A stretch of 64,000 nucleotides of DNA from an uncultured Alphaproteobacteria bacterium (GTDB taxonomy: Bacteria > Pseudomonadota > Alphaproteobacteria > Micropepsales > Micropepsaceae), in the NCBI GenBank assembly GCA_963760345.1, contig CAVXCU010000003.1, positions 188,387 through 252,386 on the forward strand, written 5' to 3'. A model generated the notes under the pieces. It did not search any database. It saw only the letters and a program-made list of their open reading frames with translations, and was not told the DNA's origin. Shown in pieces: positions 38,034 to 52,779 of the stretch (position 1 is the first letter of the stretch; every line of letters starts with the position of its first letter). A program made the position numbers and the translations under genes.

Positions 38034-39525
38034 TGGAACCACATTCGGGGGGGATTGTTCCGGCGGGTAAGGTGGGCGCGAGACCCATGAACGGCGTTGG
38101 TGAGTTCAAAGGCCTGGCGAGCGACAGCCGCGAGGTGAAACCGGGTTATCTGTTCGCCGCGATCGCCGGAACGCGCGGGGACGGCAGGGCGTTCATCGCC
38201 GATGCGGTGAAACGCGGCGCCGTCGCCGTTCTGGGCCCGCCGCAAATCCGGACGGACGCGGAGGCGCTTGGGGTCAGGTTCATCGCCGACAAGAATCCGC
38301 GTTTGCGTCTTGCGAAACTTGCGGGCGCGTTTTACGCGGGCCAGCCCGATGTGGTGGCGGCCGTCACCGGCACGAACGGCAAAACGTCGGTCACGGTCTT
38401 CCTGCGCCAGATCTGGGCAGCGGCTCGGCCGCAAGGCCGCCAGCATGGGAACGATCGGCGTCGTGGCGCCGTCGGGCGAAATCAAGCTCGATCATACAAC
38501 GCCGGACCCGATCGAGTTGCACCGGTTGATGGCGCGGCTGAAGGAGAACGGGATCGACCATCTGGCGATCGAGGCGTCGAGCCATGGGCTCGATCAATAT
38601 CGTCTCGACGGTGCCGATGTCGCCGCGGTGGCCTTCACCAACATCACGCGCGATCACCTCGATTATCATCCCACCTTCGAGCATTACCTGGCGACGAAAC
38701 TCCGGCTTTTTTCCGAAATCGTGCGCGCCGGCGGTTCGGCCGTGGTCAACGCCGACGCCACGAATGCAGGGGATTTCGTTGGCGCAGCGCGCGCGCGAGG
38801 GCTGAAGATTCTGACGGTTGGCGAGCGTGGCGAGTCGCTCAGGCTCATCCGGCAGACGCCGCATGGCGAAGGTCAAACGCTGCGCGTCGAATACCAGTCC
38901 AAATCGTTCGACGTCGAGTTGCCGCTTGCGGGCAGTTTCCAGGCTTCGAACGCGCTCGTTGCGGCCGGCCTCGCCATCGCGCTTGGGCGATCCGGCGGAG
39001 CAGGTGTTTGCGGCTCTGGGTGAACTCAAAGGCGCTCCGGGGCGGCTCGAGAAAGTCGCCTATGCGGCATCGGGCGCGCCCGTCTATGTCGATTACGCCC
39101 ACACGCCCGATGCGCTCGAGACCGTGCTCACGGCCATCCGGCCCCATGTGGCCGGCAAACTCCATGTTGTGTTCGGCTGCGGCGGGGACCGCGACAAGGG
39201 CAAGCGTCCTTTGATGGGCGCGGCGGCCGAACGTCTGGCCGACCGGGCCATCGTCACCGACGACAATCCGCGCAGCGAGGACGCCGCACAGATCCGTCAC
39301 GAAGTGCTGACCGGTTGCCCGCAGGCGCAGGAGATCGGCGACCGTGCGCGCGCAATTTACACCGCGATTGCCGCCCTCAAAGCGGGCGACGCCTTGGTGA
39401 TCGCGGGCAAGGGGCACGAGTCGGGCCAGATTGTCGGCACCGAAGTCCGTCCGTTCTCGGACAAGGGTGAAGCGGTCAAATCCGCGACGGCACTGGGCGG
39501 AAAAGCCGCGGAGACGCGCCGATGA
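38033..39525 (+). CDS. murE: MurE ligase; frameshifts near 38420 and 38985
   Basis: VTGTNGKT, EASSHGL, DYAHTPD, DNPR, AGKGHE across three frames. Confidence 0.92.
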
Positions 39526-40924
39526 GCGCCCTGTGGCCTGCCGCCGAGGCCGAAGCCGCGACTCTCGGGTGCGCGACAAAGCCGTTCGAGGCCATGGGCC
39601 TGTCGATCGACACGCGCACGCTTGAAGCCCGGCGATCTTTTCGTTGCGCTCAAAGGCGATGCGCGCGACGGCCATGAGTTCGTTGCCGCGGCGCTCGACG
39701 CCAAGGCCGCCGCGGCGTTGGTCACGCGTACTCCGGACGGCGTGGGAGCCGACGCATCGCTGCTCCTGGTCGCCAATACGCAACGCGGCCTCGAAGATCT
39801 GGCACGCGCGGCGCGCGCGCGCTCCCGCGCCAAGATCGTCGGCGTCACCGGCAGCGTGGGCAAGACGACGACGAAGGAAATGCTGCGTCTGGCATTCGGT
39901 GCGCTGGGCGCGACATGGGCCTCGCAGGCATCCTACAACAATCATTGGGGCGTACCGCTGAGCCTCGCCGCGATGCCGCGCAACACGCAATTCGGCATCT
40001 TCGAAATCGGCATGAATCATTTCGGCGAGATTCGCACGCTTGCGGGCTTCGTGCGGCCGCATGTGGCCCTCGTCACGACGATCGCGCCGGCGCATCTCGA
40101 ATTTTTCGGCACCTGCGAGGCCATTGCCGATGCGAAGTCGGAGATATTCGAGTGTCTGTTGCCGGGCGGCGCGGCGCTCATTCCATCGGACAGTCCTTAT
40201 GTGCAAAGGCTCATGGCGCTGCGCCAAGCAGGCGGGTTCGGGTCGCATTCTCACATTCGGCGCCAGCGCCGGCAGCGACGCACGCCTCCTGTCGGTGAGC
40301 GGAAGCGGCGAAGGCTCGAAGGTCGAAGCGGAGATTCTCGGGCGACGGTGCGATTTCCGCATTGGCGCACTCGGCGCGCATCTGGCCCATAATGCCGTCG
40401 GCGCGCTTCTTTCGGTGGCGGCGCTCGACGGCGACCTGCTCAATGCCGCGGCGGCGTTTGCGTCGTTCTCCGCGCTCAAAGGCCGCGGCGCCCGCTTCAC
40501 GGTCGCCGTTCAGGGCGGCGCTGCGACCGTCATCGACGAAAGCTACAATGCCAATCCCACTTCGATGAACGCAGCGCTCGCATTGCTGGGAAGCGCGCAG
40601 CCGGGTCCCGCAGGCCGGCGCATCGCGGTGTTGGGCGACATGCTCGAAATGGGTCCGGAAGGCGAAGCGTTGCACGCGGCGTTGGCACACGACGTCGAAC
40701 TTGCCGGGACCGATCTCGTTTTCGCCTGCGGCCCGCAGATGGGAGCGCTGTGGAACGCACTTCCGCAATCGCGCCGTGGCGCCTATGGCGGCGTCTCCGG
40801 CGAGATCGCCGCGCAAGTCGTCGGCGCCCTGCGCGATGGCGATGTGGTGCTCGTCAAAGGTTCGCTGGGCAGCCGCATGGCCGTCATCATCGATGCGCTC
40901 AAAGCGCACGCGACCGCGGCCTAG
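39522..40924 (+). CDS. murF: MurF ligase; frameshifts near 39620 and 40220
   Basis: [31 protein letters not shown]. Confidence 0.92.
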
Positions 40925-40934
40925 GAGGGGAGCG

Positions 40935-42024
40935 ATGTTTCACTATTTCCTCGTGCCCCTGTCCGACCGGATCGGCGCTCTCAATGTTTTCCGCTACATT
41001 ACCTTCCGCGCGGGCGGCGCGATCCTGACGGCGCTGCTGATCGCCTTCGTGCTCGGTCCCTCGATGATCCGCTGGCTGCGTCTCAAGCAGGGCGAGGGCC
41101 AGCCGATCCGCACCGACGGCCCGCAACGCCATGTCGTGGAGAAGCAGGGCACGCCCACCATGGGCGGCCTGCTGATCCTGATTTCTGCGCTCGTCGCGAC
41201 GCTGTTGTGGGCCGATCTGACCGATGCCTATGTCTGGATCGTGCTGTTCGTGACGGTAAGCTTCGGCCTCCTGGGATTTGCCGATGACTATTTCAAGGTG
41301 ACGAAGCGCTCTTCGGACGGCGTCGCAGGGCGCCTGAAGCTGCTGGTGCAGTTCGTCGTCGCAATCGCGGCCAGCTACGCCTTCATGAAGCTCGAAGACC
41401 CGGCACTTTCGGGCACCGTGGCCGTCCCGTTCCTCAAAACCGTGCTGGTGCCGCTGGGCTGGGGATTTCTCGCTTTCGGCGCGCTCGTCATGGTCGGCGC
41501 GTCGAACGCCGTCAATCTGACCGATGGGCTGGACGGGCTCGCGATCGTTCCCGTGATGATCGCCGCGCTGACGTTCGGCCTCATCGCCTATCTCGTCGGC
41601 AACGTGAAATTCGCGGATTATCTTCAGCTCCACTATGTCGCCGGCACGGGCGAACTCGCCGATATTCCTCGCGGCGCTGATCGGCGGCGGCCTCGGCTTT
41701 CTCTGGTACAACGCCCCGCCCGCCATGGTCTTCATGGGCGACACCGGCTCGCTGTCGCTGGGCGGCGCGCTGGGCGCCGTCGCCGTCGCGGTGAAGCACG
41801 AGATCGTGCTAGCCATCGTCGGCGGCCTTTTCGTGATGGAAGCCGTGTCGGTCATCGTGCAGGTCGCTTCGTTCAAGCTCACCGGCAAGCGCGTCTTCCG
41901 CATGGCGCCTATTCATCATCATTTCGAACAGCTCGGCTGGAAGGAGTCGACCATCGTGATCCGTTTCTGGATCATCGCGGTCGTGCTCGCGCTCGTCGGG
42001 CTCTCGACGCTGAAGCTGAGGTGA
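40935..42024 (+). CDS. mraY: Phospho-MurNAc-pentapeptide transferase; frameshift near 41660
   Basis: [31 protein letters not shown]. Confidence 0.93.
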
Positions 42025-42029
42025 GCGAA

Positions 42030-43450
42030 ATGATCCCGGCTCGTTCCTTCGCAAATCAGGACGTCGGCGTGTTCGGGCTGGCGCGCTCCGGCGTGTCGTC
42101 CGTCGCCGCCCTGAAAGCGGGCGGTGCGCGCGTGCTTGCGTGGGACGATCGGGAGGACGCGCGCGCCGCGGCGGAGCGTGCGGGCGCGCAGATAGCGCGT
42201 TTCGGCGAATGGCCATGGGACGAAAATCAAGACGCTGGTGCTGAGCCCCGGCGTGCCGCTGACGCATCCCAGGCCGCACGAAGTTGTTGTCGCGGCGCGC
42301 ATGGCAGGCGCCGAAGTGATCGGCGATATCGAACTGTTCGCGCGGGAGGTCAGGCCGGACCCGGCGAAACCCGGCCGCGCGCCGATCATCGCCGTCACCG
42401 GCACCAACGGCAAGTCGACGACGACGGCGCTGATCGGACATATCCTCGCCGCCAACGGCTTCGCGGCCGAAATCGGTGGCAATATCGGCAAGCCGGCGCT
42501 AGATCTGGCGGCGCCGAACGGCCGGACGGTCTACGTCCTCGAAATGTCGTCGTATCAGATCGATCTTTCGCCGGGCCTGGTGCCCGACGTTGCCGTGCTC
42601 ACCAACATCACGCCCGATCATCTCGACCGGCATGGTTCGATGGAATCCTACGTCGCAGTGAAATCGCGATTGCTGAAACACACGGCGAAAAGCGGACACG
42701 TCTGCATCGGCGTGGACGATGCCTATTCCGCGGCCATCTGCACGCGCCTGTCTTCGAACGGCGGTGCGGAAGCGGTTCCGGTTTCCGTGGGCAAGGTGTT
42801 GGGGCGCGGAGTTTTTGCGGTCGATGGCGTGCTGTATGACGCCTGGGGTTCGCGCGCGGCGAAGATCATGGATCTTGCGGCCGCGGCGCATCTGCCGGGC
42901 GCACACAATTGGCAGAATGCCGCGCTCGCTTATGCGGCCACGCGGCCCTTTGTGAAGGATTCGCGGGCCATCGCGGCGGCGATCGCCGACTTCCCGGGCC
43001 TTGCACATCGCATCGAAGATGTAGGCCACATCGGGAAGGTGCGCTTCGTCAACGATTCCAAGGCGACCAATGCCGAAGCGACCGCGCGGGCACTCGTGTG
43101 TTTCCCGGATATCTATTGGATCGCGGGCGGCAGGCCGAAAGAGGGCGGTATCGAAAGCCTCGCGCCGCATTTCTCGCGCATCCGCAAGGCCTATCTGATC
43201 GGCGAGGCCGCCACGCAATTTGCGCGCACGCTGGAAGGGCACGCGACCTGCGAGATTTCCGGCACGCTGGACAAGGCGGCCGCGTCGGCATTCGCGGATG
43301 CGCGCAGTTCGGCGCAACCTTCGCCGGTCGTGCTGCTGTCGCCTGCTTGCGCCTCCTTCGATCAGTTCCGCGACTTCGAAGCAGCGCGGCGATGCATTTC
43401 GCGCACTGGTCTCCGAACTTGCCGCCCATCCCGTGCGGGAGGCGTCATGA
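42030..43450 (+). CDS. murD: MurD ligase; frameshifts near 42225 and 43380
   Basis: [30 protein letters not shown]. Confidence 0.92.
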
Positions 43451-44604
43451 GCTTATCGCGCATGGACAGGAGCGGCTTTGCCGCATGGTGGTGGACGGTC
43501 GATCGCGCGGCGCTGTTTGCGATGTTGGGGCTGATTGCCATCGGCTTGATGCTCGCCTTTGCCGCCAGCCCGGCCGCCACGGGCGGTCCCTTCACGGCGG
43601 GCGACTTCCACTATGCCGCCAAGCAGGTTGCCTTCGCCTTCATCGCCGCTATCGTTCTCGCTGCCGCCAGCGTCCTGTCGTTGCGGGCGATCAAGCTGTC
43701 GGCCGCCATCGTGTATGCGCTCGCGGTGATCGGCTCGGCGCTCGTCCTTTTCACGGGAACCGAAGTGCTGGGCGCCAAGCGCTGGATCGATTTCGGCTGG
43801 ATGACGCTGCAGCCGTCGGAATTTCTGAAGCCGGGCTTCGCCGTGCTCGCGGCGGCCGTCCTCGCGGACAAGGCGAAGATGGTCGTGCCTAAGGAGATCG
43901 TGGCGTTTCTCCTGCTGGCGCCGGCGCTGGTCATTCTCACGCTTCAGCCGGATGTGGGGCAGACCGGACTTCTGCTCGCGCTGTGGTGCGCGCTGCTGTT
44001 CTTCAACGGCGTTTCCTATCTGTGGATCGGGGCGCTTGCGGGCGGCAGCGCCGCGCTGGGATTTGCCGCCTATATGATGTTCCCGCATGTGCACCATCGC
44101 TTCGACCAATTCCTGGGCGCGAACCAGACCGGCTATCAGACGGGCCTCGCGCTGAAGGCATTCGAACATGGCGGGTTTGCAGGCGTGGGACCGGGCGCCG
44201 GCACGATCAAGTACCATATTCCCGACGCGCATTCGGACTTCATCTTCGCGGTGGCAGGCGAGGAATTCGGGCTCGTGCTGTGCGGCGCGATTGCTCTTCT
44301 CTTCTGCGTCCTGGCCGTGCGACTGCTGCTCTGTTCGGCGCGCGCGCGCGACGCGTTTTCAAGCCTTGCGGGCGCGGGTCTCGCAATGGTCGTCGCGCTG
44401 CAGGCCTTCATCAATATGGGCGTGGCGATCAGCCTGTTACCTGCCAAGGGCATGACGTTGCCGTTCATTTCCTATGGCGGCTCGTCGCTGTTCGCCGTGG
44501 CACTCACCATGGGTTATGCGCTGGCCGTGACGCGGCACCGTCCGAAAGTGGGCGAACGGGACTACCAGTTGTTCGGCTTCCTGATGGAGGCCCCCGCGTC
44601 ATGA
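43447..44604 (+). CDS. ftsW: SEDS glycosyltransferase FtsW
   Basis: QPSEF.K, QPD.G, PDAHSDF, LPFISYGGSS. Confidence 0.95.
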   Translation: MSLSRMDRSGFAAWWWTVDRAALFAMLGLIAIGLMLAFAASPAATGGPFTAGDFHYAAKQVAFAFIAAIVLAAASVLSLRAIKLSAAIVYALAVIGSALVLFTGTEVLGAKRWIDFGWMTLQPSEFLKPGFAVLAAAVLADKAKMVVPKEIVAFLLLAPALVILTLQPDVGQTGLLLALWCALLFFNGVSYLWIGALAGGSAALGFAAYMMFPHVHHRFDQFLGANQTGYQTGLALKAFEHGGFAGVGPGAGTIKYHIPDAHSDFIFAVAGEEFGLVLCGAIALLFCVLAVRLLLCSARARDAFSSLAGAGLAMVVALQAFINMGVAISLLPAKGMTLPFISYGGSSLFAVALTMGYALAVTRHRPKVGERDYQLFGFLMEAPAS

Positions 44605-45695
44605 CGACGATCGTGCTTTCCGCAGGCGGGACGGGTGGCCATCTTTTTCCGGCGCAGGCGCTGGCGGCGGAGCTGTTGAACCGCGGGCGCCGCATTGTTG
44701 TGATGACGGATGCACGCGGAACCCAATACCCGACTTATTTTCCGGGCGCTTCGATCGAGATCGTGCCGGCCGCCGCGTTTTCGGACCGTTCGAAACTGCG
44801 ATTGATGACCGCGCCCTTCGAAATCGTGGCGGGCATCGTGCTGGCATTTGTGAAACTCCTGCGCACGAAGCCGGCGGCGGTCGTCGGTTTCGGGGGATAT
44901 CCCAGCGTGCCGGTGATGCTCGCGGCATGTCTCGCGCGCTTCCCGACGGTGATCGTGGCGCCCGATGCCGTGCTCGGCCGCGCCAATCGCCTGGTCGCCA
45001 ATTATGTCCGCGCCATCGCCGCCGGCCTTCCGCTCAAACGCTTCCTGCCGAAGGACATGTCGAAGGTCGTCTATACGGGCAATCCCGTGCGTCCCGAGGT
45101 GGTCGCGTTCAAGGACGCGCCTTACGATACGCCCGTCGCAAACGGTCCGTTGCGTCTCCTGATATTCGGCGGCAGCCAGGGCGCGCGGGCGCTGAGCGAA
45201 ATCGTACCGGCGGCAATTGCGTTGCTGGCTCCCGAAATCAGGTCGCGGCTCGATATCGTTCAGCAATGCCGGCCGGAAGATCTGGAGCAAGTGCGCGCAT
45301 CTTATGGCGCGAGCGGCGTGAAAGCGGAACTCGCAACGTTCTTCGGCGATCTGCCGGCGCGCATGGCAAAGGCCCATCTCGTGATCGGCCGCTCGGGTGC
45401 GGGAACGGTCGCCGAGCTGATGGTGATTGGCAGGCCCGCGATCCTCGTGCCGCTGCCCCATGCACTGGACGACAACCAGACGCCCAATGCCGACGCGCTC
45501 GCCGAAGCCGGCGGCGGTTGGCGCGTAGCTCAAAGTGAGTTGTCGCCACAGAGGCTCGCAGGTCTTCTTCAAACGGCATTCGCGGCGCCGGACGATCTTG
45601 CGAAACGCGCGGCAGCCGCCCACGCCCAGGCAAAGCCGGATGCTGCCGCGCGGCTGGCCGATCTTGTCGAGCGCATCGGCGCGGGGAGGGCATGA
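44601..45695 (+). CDS. murG: MurG glycosyltransferase
   Basis: GGTGGH, GFGGYPS, GNPVR, GGSQGA. Confidence 0.95.
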   Translation: MTTIVLSAGGTGGHLFPAQALAAELLNRGRRIVVMTDARGTQYPTYFPGASIEIVPAAAFSDRSKLRLMTAPFEIVAGIVLAFVKLLRTKPAAVVGFGGYPSVPVMLAACLARFPTVIVAPDAVLGRANRLVANYVRAIAAGLPLKRFLPKDMSKVVYTGNPVRPEVVAFKDAPYDTPVANGPLRLLIFGGSQGARALSEIVPAAIALLAPEIRSRLDIVQQCRPEDLEQVRASYGASGVKAELATFFGDLPARMAKAHLVIGRSGAGTVAELMVIGRPAILVPLPHALDDNQTPNADALAEAGGGWRVAQSELSPQRLAGLLQTAFAAPDDLAKRAAAAHAQAKPDAAARLADLVERIGAGRA

Positions 45696-47125
45696 TGGCT
45701 CCGGCCCCGACGCGTGTTCCCTTCGATATCGGCACGATCCATTTCATCGGCATCGGCGGCATCGGCATGAGCGGCATTGCCGAGATCATGCACAATCTGG
45801 GCTACAAGGTTCAGGGTTCGGATGCGGTCGACAACGCCAACGTCAAGCGACTGCGCAGTCTCGCCATCCCCATTGCTGTCGGACATGCGCGAAGACAATC
45901 TCGGCGACGCCGTGGTTGTCGTCTATTCCTCGGCCGTGAAACCGGGCAATGCCGGAATTCGATGCGGCGCGAGTGCGCAAGCTGCCGCTGGTGCGCCGCG
46001 CAGAAATGCTCGCGGAGATCATGCGGCTCAAGAATTGCGTCGCGGTCGCGGGCACCAACGGCAAGACCACGACGACCACCCTCATTGCGGCGCTGCTCGA
46101 CGCAGGCGGCCTCGACCCTACCGTCGTCAATGGCGGCATCATCAACGCCTACGACACCAACGCGCATCTGGGCGCGGGCGAGTGGGTGGTGGTCGAAGCC
46201 GACGAAAGCGACGGCACGTTCCTGCGGCTGCCGGCGTCGGTGGCGGTCGTCACCAATATCGACCCCGACCATCTCGATTATTTCGGCACGTTCGAGCAGA
46301 TGCGCGAAGCGTTTCAGCGTTTCGTCGAAAACGTGCCGTTCTACGGTTTTGCGGTGCTCTGCCTGGACCATCCCGGAAGTGCAGGCGATGGTGGGCCGTA
46401 TGGAAGACCGCCGCCTGATCACCTATGGCTTCAGTCCGCAGGCCGATATCCGCGCGGCGAATGTGCGCTATTCGGAAGGTGCGTCGCATTTCGACATCGT
46501 CCTCGCCGACCGCCGTGCCGGCTCGGAGACGCGATTTGAAGCGATGCGCCTGCCCATGCCGGGCGAACACAATGTGCAGAATTCGCTGGCGGCCATCGCG
46601 GTGGCCCGCGAGCTCGGCATCGACATGCCGACAATCCGCACAGCGCTTGCGAAATTCGCCGGCGTCAAGCGCCGCTTCACGCGGGTGGGCGAATGGAACG
46701 GCGCCGCGATCATCGACGATTACGGCCACAATCCGTTCAAGATGGCGGCGGCGCTGAAGGCGGCGCGCGAGGCTTACTCGGGCGCTATCGTCGCCGTGGT
46801 GCAGCCGCATCGTTACACGCGGCTTCGCGACACCTTCGAGCAGTTCTGCACCTGCCTGAACGATGCCGATGCGGCCATCATCGCGCCCGTCTATCCCGCA
46901 GGCGAGCAACCCATCGAAGGCATCAATCGTGACTCCTATGCCGAGGCGTTGCGCGCGCACGGCCATCGCAACGTGTTCGTGATCGACGGCGCCGCCGATC
47001 TGCCGCGCGTCATTGCGCCATTGGCCAAGCCCGGCGGTGCCATCGTCTGCCTGGGCGCAGGCTCCATCACCCAATGGGCCGCGGGTCTCGAAGCGGCGCT
47101 GAAAACGCAGGAGGCGAGAGCGTGA
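45692..47125 (+). CDS. murC: MurC ligase; frameshifts near 45890, 45955, 46372
   Basis: [33 protein letters not shown]. Confidence 0.92.
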   Translation: MMAPAPTRVPFDIGTIHFIGIGGIGMSGIAEIMHNLGYKVQGSDAVDNANVKRLRSLAIPIAVGHARRQSRRRRGCRLFLGRETGQCRNSMRRECASCRWCAAQKCSRRSCGSRIASRSRAPTARPRRPPSLRRCSTQAASTLPSSMAASSTPTTPTRIWARASGWWSKPTKATARSCGCRRRWRSSPISTPTISIISARSSRCAKRFSVSSKTCRSTVLRCSAWTIPEVQAMVGRMEDRRLITYGFSPQADIRAANVRYSEGASHFDIVLADRRAGSETRFEAMRLPMPGEHNVQNSLAAIAVARELGIDMPTIRTALAKFAGVKRRFTRVGEWNGAAIIDDYGHNPFKMAAALKAAREAYSGAIVAVVQPHRYTRLRDTFEQFCTCLNDADAAIIAPVYPAGEQPIEGINRDSYAEALRAHGHRNVFVIDGAADLPRVIAPLAKPGGAIVCLGAGSITQWAAGLEAALKTQEARA

Positions 47126-48034
47126 TGGCCGTTCGCTTCCGCGATGCGCTGCCCGAAGTGCGCGGCTCCTATGCCGAAGGCGCGCCGCTCAAGGATCTGG
47201 TCTGGTTTCGCGCCGGCGGATCGGCCGAGATTCTGTTCCGCCCCGCGGACGCGGACGATTTGTGCGCATTCCTCGCCGGCCGGCCCGACTTCGTGCCTGT
47301 CACCGTGATCGGCGTAGGCTCGAACCTTCTGATCCGCGACGGCGGCATTCCCGGCGTCGTGGTCCGTCTCCCCGGAAGCTTCGGGAAGTTCGCGGCGGAG
47401 GGCGTGCGCATGCGGGCAGGCGCCGCAGCGCTCGATGCCGCCGTTGCGCGCGCGGCGGCGGACGCGGGGATCGGCGGGCTCGAATTCCTGCGCGGCATTC
47501 CCGGTACGGTCGGGGGGCGCTGCGGATGAACGCCGGCTGCTACGGCCGTGAAATCAGGGACGTGTTCGTCGAAGCCACCGCGATCGATTCATCCGGCCGA
47601 AAACACATCCTGGGCCTCGCGGATATGGAGTTCGTCTATCGCAAGTCCGGCGCGCCGGACGATCTGGTCTTCGTCGACGCCGTGTTCGAAGGCGAGCGCG
47701 GCGAGCCGGATGGAATTCGCGCACGCATGAGCGCCCTCGTCGAACAACGCGAAGCGACCCAGCCCGTCAAATCGCGGACGGGCGGTTCGACATTCAAGAA
47801 CCCGATCCGGCGCATCCGGCGGCCGCAAGGCGTGGCAATTGATCGACCAGGCGGGATGCCGCGGGTCTGCATGCACGGCGCGGCACAGGTTTCGGAAAAG
47901 CATTGCAATTTCCTCATCAATACAGGCGACGCGACGGCCGGCGACATCGAGGCGCTGGGCGAGGACGTGCGTGCCCGGGTAAAGGCCAAATTCGGCGTCG
48001 AGCTCGAATGGGAAATCAAGCGGGTGGGCGTGGC

Positions 48035-48038
<4 letters not shown>
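47122..48038 (+). CDS. murB: MurB reductase; several frameshifts
   Basis: [32 protein letters not shown]. Confidence 0.92.
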
Positions 48039-49890
<1,852 letters not shown>

Positions 49891-49891
<1 letters not shown>

Positions 49892-51180
49892 TGGGCGAGA
49901 CAATCCGAATGCGCACGGCCAATGTCGAAAAGGCTGCGTTCCGATCGGGGCTGGTGACGGTCCTCGACATCGGATCGTCCAAGGTCATTTGTCTCATCTG
50001 CCGTGTCGAGACCGGCAATGTGCGAGTCCTGGGAGCGGCCCTGCGCGAGTCCCAGGGCCTCAAGGGCGGCACGATCACGAGCCTCGACCTGGCCGAAGAA
50101 TCCATCCGGGAAGTCGTGGCCGCCGCCGAGAACCTCGCCGACACGCGCATCCAGAACGTGCTGGTATCGGTGGCGTGCGGCAGCCCCACCAGCGTGACGG
50201 CGCGGGCCGCAATGGCGCTGGACGGCGCGCTCGTTTCGGATTCGCATCTCCTGGGGTTGCTGGCGGAGGCGCGCGCGAGGACCAAGCTCGAAGGCCACGA
50301 AATCATCCAATCTGCGCCCACGTCTTATGTCGTCGACGAGGCCCGCGGCGTGCGGGACCCCAGCGGCATGTTCTGCCAGAGCGCTCGGCGTCACGGTGCA
50401 CGCGGTCGCGGTCAAGCCGTCGCCGCTGCAGAACCTGAAGCTCGCCGTCGAGCGCTGCCATCTGTCGGTGGCCGGCGCACAATTCTCGGCCCTATGCGAG
50501 CGGGCTTGCCACGCTCACTCCGGACGAAATGCAGCTTGGCGCCACCGTCATCGACATGGGCGCGGGCGTCACCTCCATCGCGGTCTTTCTCGAGGGCGCG
50601 TTGGTCCATGCCGACGTCGTTCCCAAGGGCGGCGCCCATCGTGACGGCCGATCTGGCGCGTATACTGGCGGCGCCGGTTTCGGCCGCGGAGCGGCTCAAG
50701 ACACTCTACGGCGCAGCCCTTGGCGATATCGAAAGCGGCACCGACGTCGTTGCCGTGCCGCAAATGGGCGAGCGCGAGCGATGAATACGAAGTTCGCGTT
50801 CCGCGCTCGATGCTGACCCGCATCATCCAGCCCCGGCTCGAAGAGATCTTCGGCGAAGTGCAGACGCGCCTGCGCGCCAGCGGTTACGACGTGGCCGCGG
50901 GCCGCCGCGCGGTGCTCACCGGGGGCGCCTGCCAGCTCGCCGGCACGCGGGAACTTGCACAGCGCGTGCTCAACAAGCAGGTGCGAATCGGCCGCCCGCA
51001 AAGCTTTTCACGGTCTGCCGGCGGCCTCGGCCGGCCCGGACTATTCGACGGCGCTGGGACTGCTGATCGCAGGCGCGACCATGCCGCCCGAGTCTCTGAA
51101 CCCCGATCTGGCGGCAGCGCCCCAGGCTCGGCGGCCGAGCGGAATTCTTCCGGCGCATCGCCGCCGGGTTGTTGGGTTGA
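49891..51180 (+). CDS. ftsA: Cell division protein FtsA; multiple frameshifts
   Basis: LDIGSSK, IDMGAG, AERLK, VLTGG, VRIGRP, C-terminal amphipathic FFRRIAAGLLG. Confidence 0.9.
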
Positions 51181-51257
51181 AGACAATGCGTGCTAAGAAT
51201 CAAGAACAAATCATTGGGCGTCTGTGGGGATTGGGAACTCGGTAAGGAGAGTCGAAT

Positions 51258-52760
51258 ATGAGCATCAAACTAGGGGCGCCCGAGGTGAAGGAATTGAGGC
51301 CGCGCATCACCGTGCTCGGCGTCGGCGGTGCCGGCGGCAATGCCGTCAACAACATGATCGCCTCGAAGCTCGAAGGCGTCGATTTCGTCGTGGCGAACAC
51401 CGATGCGCAGGCGCTTGCGCAATCCAAGGCGCAACGGCGCATCCAGATCGGTGCAAAAATCACCGAAGGGCTGGGGGCGGGTGCGCGTCCCGATGTCGGC
51501 CGTGCCGGAGCCGAGGAATCGCTCGAGGAAATCCTCGATCAGATCACCGGCTCGCACATGGTGTTCATCACCGCAGGCATGGGCGGCGGGACCGGGACAG
51601 GTGCTGCGCCCGTCATCGCGCGCGCCGTGCGCGAAATGGGCATTCTGACCGTCGGCGTGGTCACCAAGCCTTTCGCCTTCGAAGGCGACAAGCGCATGCG
51701 CGTGGCCGAACGGGGCATCGAAGAGCTGCAGGCATTTGTCGATACCCTCATCATCATTCCCAATCAGAATCTGTTCCGTGTCGCCACCGACCGCACCACG
51801 TTCTAGCAAGCCTTCGCGATGGCCGACGATGTGCTCCACAGCGGCGTGCGGGGCGTGACGGACCTGATCATGATGCCGGGCCTCATCAACCTCGATTTCG
51901 CCGATATCAAGACGGTCATGTCCGAAATGGGCAAGGCGATGATGGGCACCGGCGAAGCGGAAGGCGAAGAGCGTGCGCTGAAGGCGGCCGAGGCGGCCAT
52001 CTCCAACCCCCTCCTCGACGACGTGTCGATGAAGGGCGCACGCGGCGTGCTGATCAACATCACGGGCGGTCCGGACATGATGCTGTTCGAGGTCGATCAG
52101 GCGGCGAACCGCATTCGCGCCGAAGTCGATCCCGACGCCAACATCATCTTCGGCGGAACGATCCTCGAAAACATGGAGGGGCGTCTGCGCGTCTCCGTGG
52201 TCGCCACCGGCATCGAAGCCGAGTCGATCTCCAGGATGCCGCAGAATGTGGAGCCGTTGCGGCCCCGCATGAAGGCGCAGCCGCTGCCGCCGAGAACGGA
52301 CACGCGGCCGGTCGCGAGCAACGCCGTCCATCATCAGATGGAAGCGTTGGCGCAGGAACTGAACGCCGTCCCCGCGCAGCCGATCTCGCCCGCCGAGCCG
52401 CTGATCCTGGGCGACGTCGAAACGCCGATGGTGGAAGACGACATGGAGCCGATCCCGGCCGCAATCCAGCCGATGCAGACAATGAGGCCCGCGTCTCAGC
52501 CCGAACCGGAAGACGCGCCGCGCCGCCGTTTCGGCTTCCTGGGACGCAAGGAAAAGAAGCCGGAGCCCGCGCGGATGGAGCCTTCTCCCATGCCCCGGCC
52601 TGCGCCGCGCGCGACCGCGCAGGTGATGGCGCGTACCCCTGCCGTCGAACCGCAGCGTACCCAACAGCCGCAGAAGAACGTCGCCGAGGATCTGTTTCCC
52701 GAGGCTGCAAAGGACGACAAGTTCGAGATTCCGGCATTCCTGCGCCGGCAGACGAACTGA
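51258..52760 (+). CDS. ftsZ: Cell division protein FtsZ with in-frame TAG at 51804-51806
   Basis: GGGTGTG, NLDFAD, C-terminal EIPAFLRRQ; both halves in the same frame. Confidence 0.95.
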
Positions 52761-52779
52761 CGGGAGATACGGACCGGCG

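Noticed and set aside
51197-51201. GANTC (CcrM) site upstream of ftsZ
   Set aside because: Consistent with known alphaproteobacterial ftsZ regulation, but a single 5-mer is not evidence on its own
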